This document shows positions 25,557 through 28,162 of a stretch of 28,162 nt of DNA, piece by piece. Where the stretch lies: the NCBI GenBank assembly GCA_046861395.1, contig JBHHUC010000025.1, positions 1 through 28,162 of the forward strand, given 5' to 3'. Numbering within the stretch: position 1 is the first letter of the stretch; the number at the start of each line of letters is the position of its first letter. The DNA comes from Fidelibacterota bacterium. GTDB lineage: Bacteria; Fidelibacterota; Marinisomatia; Marinisomatales; JABMOV01. Both the position numbers and the translations under genes were made by a program. Under the pieces are notes generated by a model. It did no database searches, was not told where the DNA came from, and saw nothing but the letters and a program-made list of their open reading frames with translations.

Positions 25557-25588
25557 TAAATATAGGTTTACACTCTTAAATAATACAA
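25557..25588 (-). promoter_or_regulatory. Putative promoter for the two surface-protein genes
   Basis: Minus strand: TTGTAT (25588-25583), 18-nt spacer, TATATT (25564-25559), in AT-rich context. Confidence 0.45.
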
Positions 25589-25783
25589 GGAAAAGACCGC
25601 AGCCGACCGAAGATCGAATCTGACATTTATTAGCAGTGGCGACAGTGATCGGGAAAAGGTTCGTGAACCGGGTCTTCCGGTATGGTAGCAGGATTTCAGC
25701 CCCCTTACTTTATTCCTTGATTTTCGTCGTTAATTCTGCCAATTTGGACCCGATTCGTTTTCATAAATCGGGAGTAATTGATC

Positions 25784-26383
25784 ATGTCCAATGAAATCAA
25801 GTCAGGTTTTGGCTATCTGATTCCGGCTACTGCCCTGGTGGGATATGTCGTATCATTGTTTGCGAACTTATACCTGGTCAGTATCATTTTCGCTGTCCTG
25901 GGCATACTGGGATGGTTTTTATATGCCTTGGTGATGGAAATCAAACTGCCACAGGTCATGGGGAATATGATTATTGTCTTTTCTTTACTCATTGGCGTGG
26001 GCATCTTCCTGGCCTACGGCCTGGAACAGGATATTTTCGGCGGATATCTCTTTAAAATGGAAGGATCGGTCTTTGCCTTGTTAACATTGCTTTTTGGTGT
26101 CCTGGGGGGAATTCTGTTCAATCGCAGTCGCGCTCTCGAATCACCGGCACTATCGGAGGAAGACCGGACGGCGGTGCAATCGGCCCTGGAAAATGCTGAA
26201 AACGGATCGGGCGACCCGAAAGTGATTATCGTGAAGCAGGAACAGGAACAGGAAAAAGAACCGCAACCGGTGTACGATCCGTCGCTGTACGGTTATCCTC
26301 CCGAAGATTATTACGATGATGATGACGACGAAGAATGGGAATATGAAGATGAAGAATGGGACGAGGAAGACGAGGAGGATTGA
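25784..26383 (+). CDS. Hypothetical membrane protein, 4 TM helices plus a very acidic C-terminal tail
   Basis: SD GGGAG at 25770-25774 fits ATG 25784 better than TTG 25778; four hydrophobic segments; tail EDYYDDDDDEEWEYEDEEWDEEDEED. Confidence 0.8.
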   Translation: MSNEIKSGFGYLIPATALVGYVVSLFANLYLVSIIFAVLGILGWFLYALVMEIKLPQVMGNMIIVFSLLIGVGIFLAYGLEQDIFGGYLFKMEGSVFALLTLLFGVLGGILFNRSRALESPALSEEDRTAVQSALENAENGSGDPKVIIVKQEQEQEKEPQPVYDPSLYGYPPEDYYDDDDDEEWEYEDEEWDEEDEED

Positions 26384-26385
26384 CC

Positions 26386-27486
26386 TCACACGTTGAATTT
26401 AAAGAAGATACAATCTCCGTCTTTGACAATATAATCTTTCCCTTCCAACTGCACTAATCCGGCATCGCGAACGGCCTGTTCGCTGCCCAGGCGAATCAAA
26501 TCATCGTAATGATAGACTTCCGCCTTGATGAATCCGCGCTGGAAATCGGTATGGATTTCCCCCGCCGCTTCGGGTGCCGCGGCTCCCTGACGAATGGTCC
26601 AGGCCCGGACTTCCTTGGGTCCGCCGGTAAAGAATGTTTCCAATCCCAATAGTCTGAAACTGGCATGGATCAGTTTATCCAATCCCGGTTCCGGTAAGCC
26701 ATACTCTTCCAGAAAGAGCGCCTTGTCATCGTCGCTCAATGAAGCGATTTCCTGTTCCAGCTGGCCGCAGAGTCGAATGGCCAGGTTTCCTTCCTTTTCG
26801 GCAAAATCAAAAAGGGCCTGGACGTGGGAATTTCTGGTTTGCTGCTGAATTTCCTTCTCATCCACGTTGGCCACGTAGAGTATCGGTTTGCGCGTAAGTA
26901 AAAAGAGCGACCGGATCAGAGGCAGGAATTCCGTTTCCACAGGGAAAGTGCGGGCCCGGTGTCCGGCATCAAGATGAGCCTGGATATTTTCCAATACCTG
27001 GCTTTCCTTCTGTGCTTTGCGATCGCCGGAACGGGCCAGTTTCTGTACCTGGTGCAAGCGTTTCTCGATGGTGGACAGATCTGCCAGTAGCAGTTCCGTT
27101 TCAATCAGTTCGGCATCCCGGACGGGATCGATATTGCCTTCCACGTGGGTAATGTTTTCATCCTCAAAGCAACGTACCACATGAACGACGGCGCCCACCT
27201 GACGGATCTGTCCCAGGAATTGATTTCCCAATCCTTCCCCTTCGCTGGCCCCCCGGACCAGTCCGGCAATATCGGTAAATTCCACTGTGGCAGGTGTGAT
27301 TTTTCCCGGTCGGAAAATTGTGGCCAATTTCTTCAACCGTGGATCAGGCAGGGGAACGACTCCCACATGGGGATCAATGGTGCAGAAGGGATAGTTTTCA
27401 GCCGGGACGGACGACGCCGTCAAGGCATTGAAGATCGTGGATTTACCGACATTGGGCAGACCGACAATGCCGCAGCGCAGAGCCAT
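26386..27486 (-). CDS. ychF: Redox-regulated ribosome-binding ATPase YchF
   Basis: GIVGLPNVGKST, NYPFCTIDP, DIAGLVRGAS.GEGLGNQFL, FFTGGPKEVRAWTI, IHTDFQRGFIKAEV, EGKDYIVKDGD...FKFNV. Confidence 0.98.
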   Translation of the reverse strand: MALRCGIVGLPNVGKSTIFNALTASSVPAENYPFCTIDPHVGVVPLPDPRLKKLATIFRPGKITPATVEFTDIAGLVRGASEGEGLGNQFLGQIRQVGAVVHVVRCFEDENITHVEGNIDPVRDAELIETELLLADLSTIEKRLHQVQKLARSGDRKAQKESQVLENIQAHLDAGHRARTFPVETEFLPLIRSLFLLTRKPILYVANVDEKEIQQQTRNSHVQALFDFAEKEGNLAIRLCGQLEQEIASLSDDDKALFLEEYGLPEPGLDKLIHASFRLLGLETFFTGGPKEVRAWTIRQGAAAPEAAGEIHTDFQRGFIKAEVYHYDDLIRLGSEQAVRDAGLVQLEGKDYIVKDGDCIFFKFNV

Positions 27487-27507
27487 AATATTTTTCCTTT
27501 TCCGGGA

Positions 27508-28062
27508 TTAAAATGTATCGAGGGCCGGATCGCCGCCGAAGTCATAGGTGAGATTCTTGAATAATCCCACCTGTAGGTTCTTGGCGAAGTAAATCACGCG
27601 ATCTTTGACGCGTAATTCCGCATCGCCCCAGGCCATGTACACCGGCCGGGTGATCAATTTCTTGATATCCACTTTATAGATAACTTTGGTATGGTACGGA
27701 CGTACCTGACCTTTAAATTTCAGATCTTGAACACCCAGGGCCCGACCCCGGCCTTCTCCACCGACCCAGGACAGAAAGAAGCCCAGCAATTGCCAAAATC
27801 CGTCAAGCCCCAGGCAACCGGGCATGACCGGATCGCCTTTGAAATGGCAATTGAAAAACCAGTTGGATTTATGAATATCCAGTTCGGCCTTTATTTCGCC
27901 TTTGCCGTATTTCCCGCCTTCATCGGAGATGTGCATGATACGGTCAATCATCAGCATGGGCGGTTTGGGCAACTTGCCGTTTTTCAGTCCGAAAACCAGG
28001 CCTTCGGCTACCCGAATAATGTCTTCCTTGGAAAAGGATGTTTTTTTCTTTAAATCGTTCAT
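27508..28062 (-). CDS. fabA: 3-hydroxydecanoyl-ACP dehydratase / trans-2-decenoyl-ACP isomerase
   Basis: LP.PPMLMIDRI, GGKYGKG.I.AELDI, WFF.CHF.GDPVMPGCLGLD..WQL.GF.L.W.G.EG.GRALGV...KF.GQV.P; has the FabA-type Asp where FabZ has Glu. Confidence 0.95.
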   Translation of the reverse strand: MNDLKKKTSFSKEDIIRVAEGLVFGLKNGKLPKPPMLMIDRIMHISDEGGKYGKGEIKAELDIHKSNWFFNCHFKGDPVMPGCLGLDGFWQLLGFFLSWVGGEGRGRALGVQDLKFKGQVRPYHTKVIYKVDIKKLITRPVYMAWGDAELRVKDRVIYFAKNLQVGLFKNLTYDFGGDPALDTF

Positions 28063-28077
28063 ATTGGTTTCTTTTTT

Positions 28078-28095
28078 TGCGTACGAGAGTACAAA
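28078..28095. promoter_or_regulatory. Imperfect palindrome GTAC-N4-GTAC upstream of fabA, FabR-operator-like
   Basis: TGCGTACGAGAGTACAAA, 15 nt upstream of the fabA ATG. Confidence 0.3.
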
Positions 28096-28162
28096 ATTTT
28101 TTTCCGGCTCGCACGTAGATTTTTATTGATGTTAGATCATGATAGGGACGGGAATAATCCGC

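Noticed and set aside
25595..25705. GCCACTG (minus strand) and the GGTTCGTGAACC palindrome suggesting a cobalamin riboswitch
   Set aside because: Other B12-element conserved blocks are missing and the adjacent genes are unrelated to B12.

Overview
A 28 kb, gene-dense bacterial chromosomal segment devoted mostly to cell-envelope biogenesis. The lpxC-fabZ fusion, the uppS-bamA-skp order, Gln after signal peptides and D-(S/T)-aliphatic motifs point to an FCB-superphylum organism, possibly Marinimicrobia-like (inference only). Gene order: ferredoxin, Cys-poor Mrp/ApbC, membrane protein; then uppS-bamA-skp-lpxD-lpxC/fabZ-lpxA-(orphan beta-rich exported protein)-dxr-rseP on +; lpxL-like, tsaC and DUF3108-like on -; GnnA-like oxidoreductase, ICMT/Ste14-like methyltransferase, lpxB, DUF374 (LpxJ-like) and lpxK on +; two coupled paralogous FG-GAP/Ig surface proteins on -; a 4-TM protein with an acidic tail on +; ychF and fabA on -. 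No rRNA, tRNA, CRISPR array or mobile element was recognised. Best leads: (1) an operon predicting Leptospira-like lipid A (diamino sugar backbone plus methylated 1-phosphate); (2) an integrin-alpha-like paralog pair, one partner carrying 16 Bacteroidetes-type O-glycosylation sequons; (3) a probable ATT start codon for lpxA; (4) an Mrp whose CxxC is replaced by an Ig-like insert; (5) a proteobacterial-type fabA with a FabR-like operator. All family calls come from motif recognition, not database searches.
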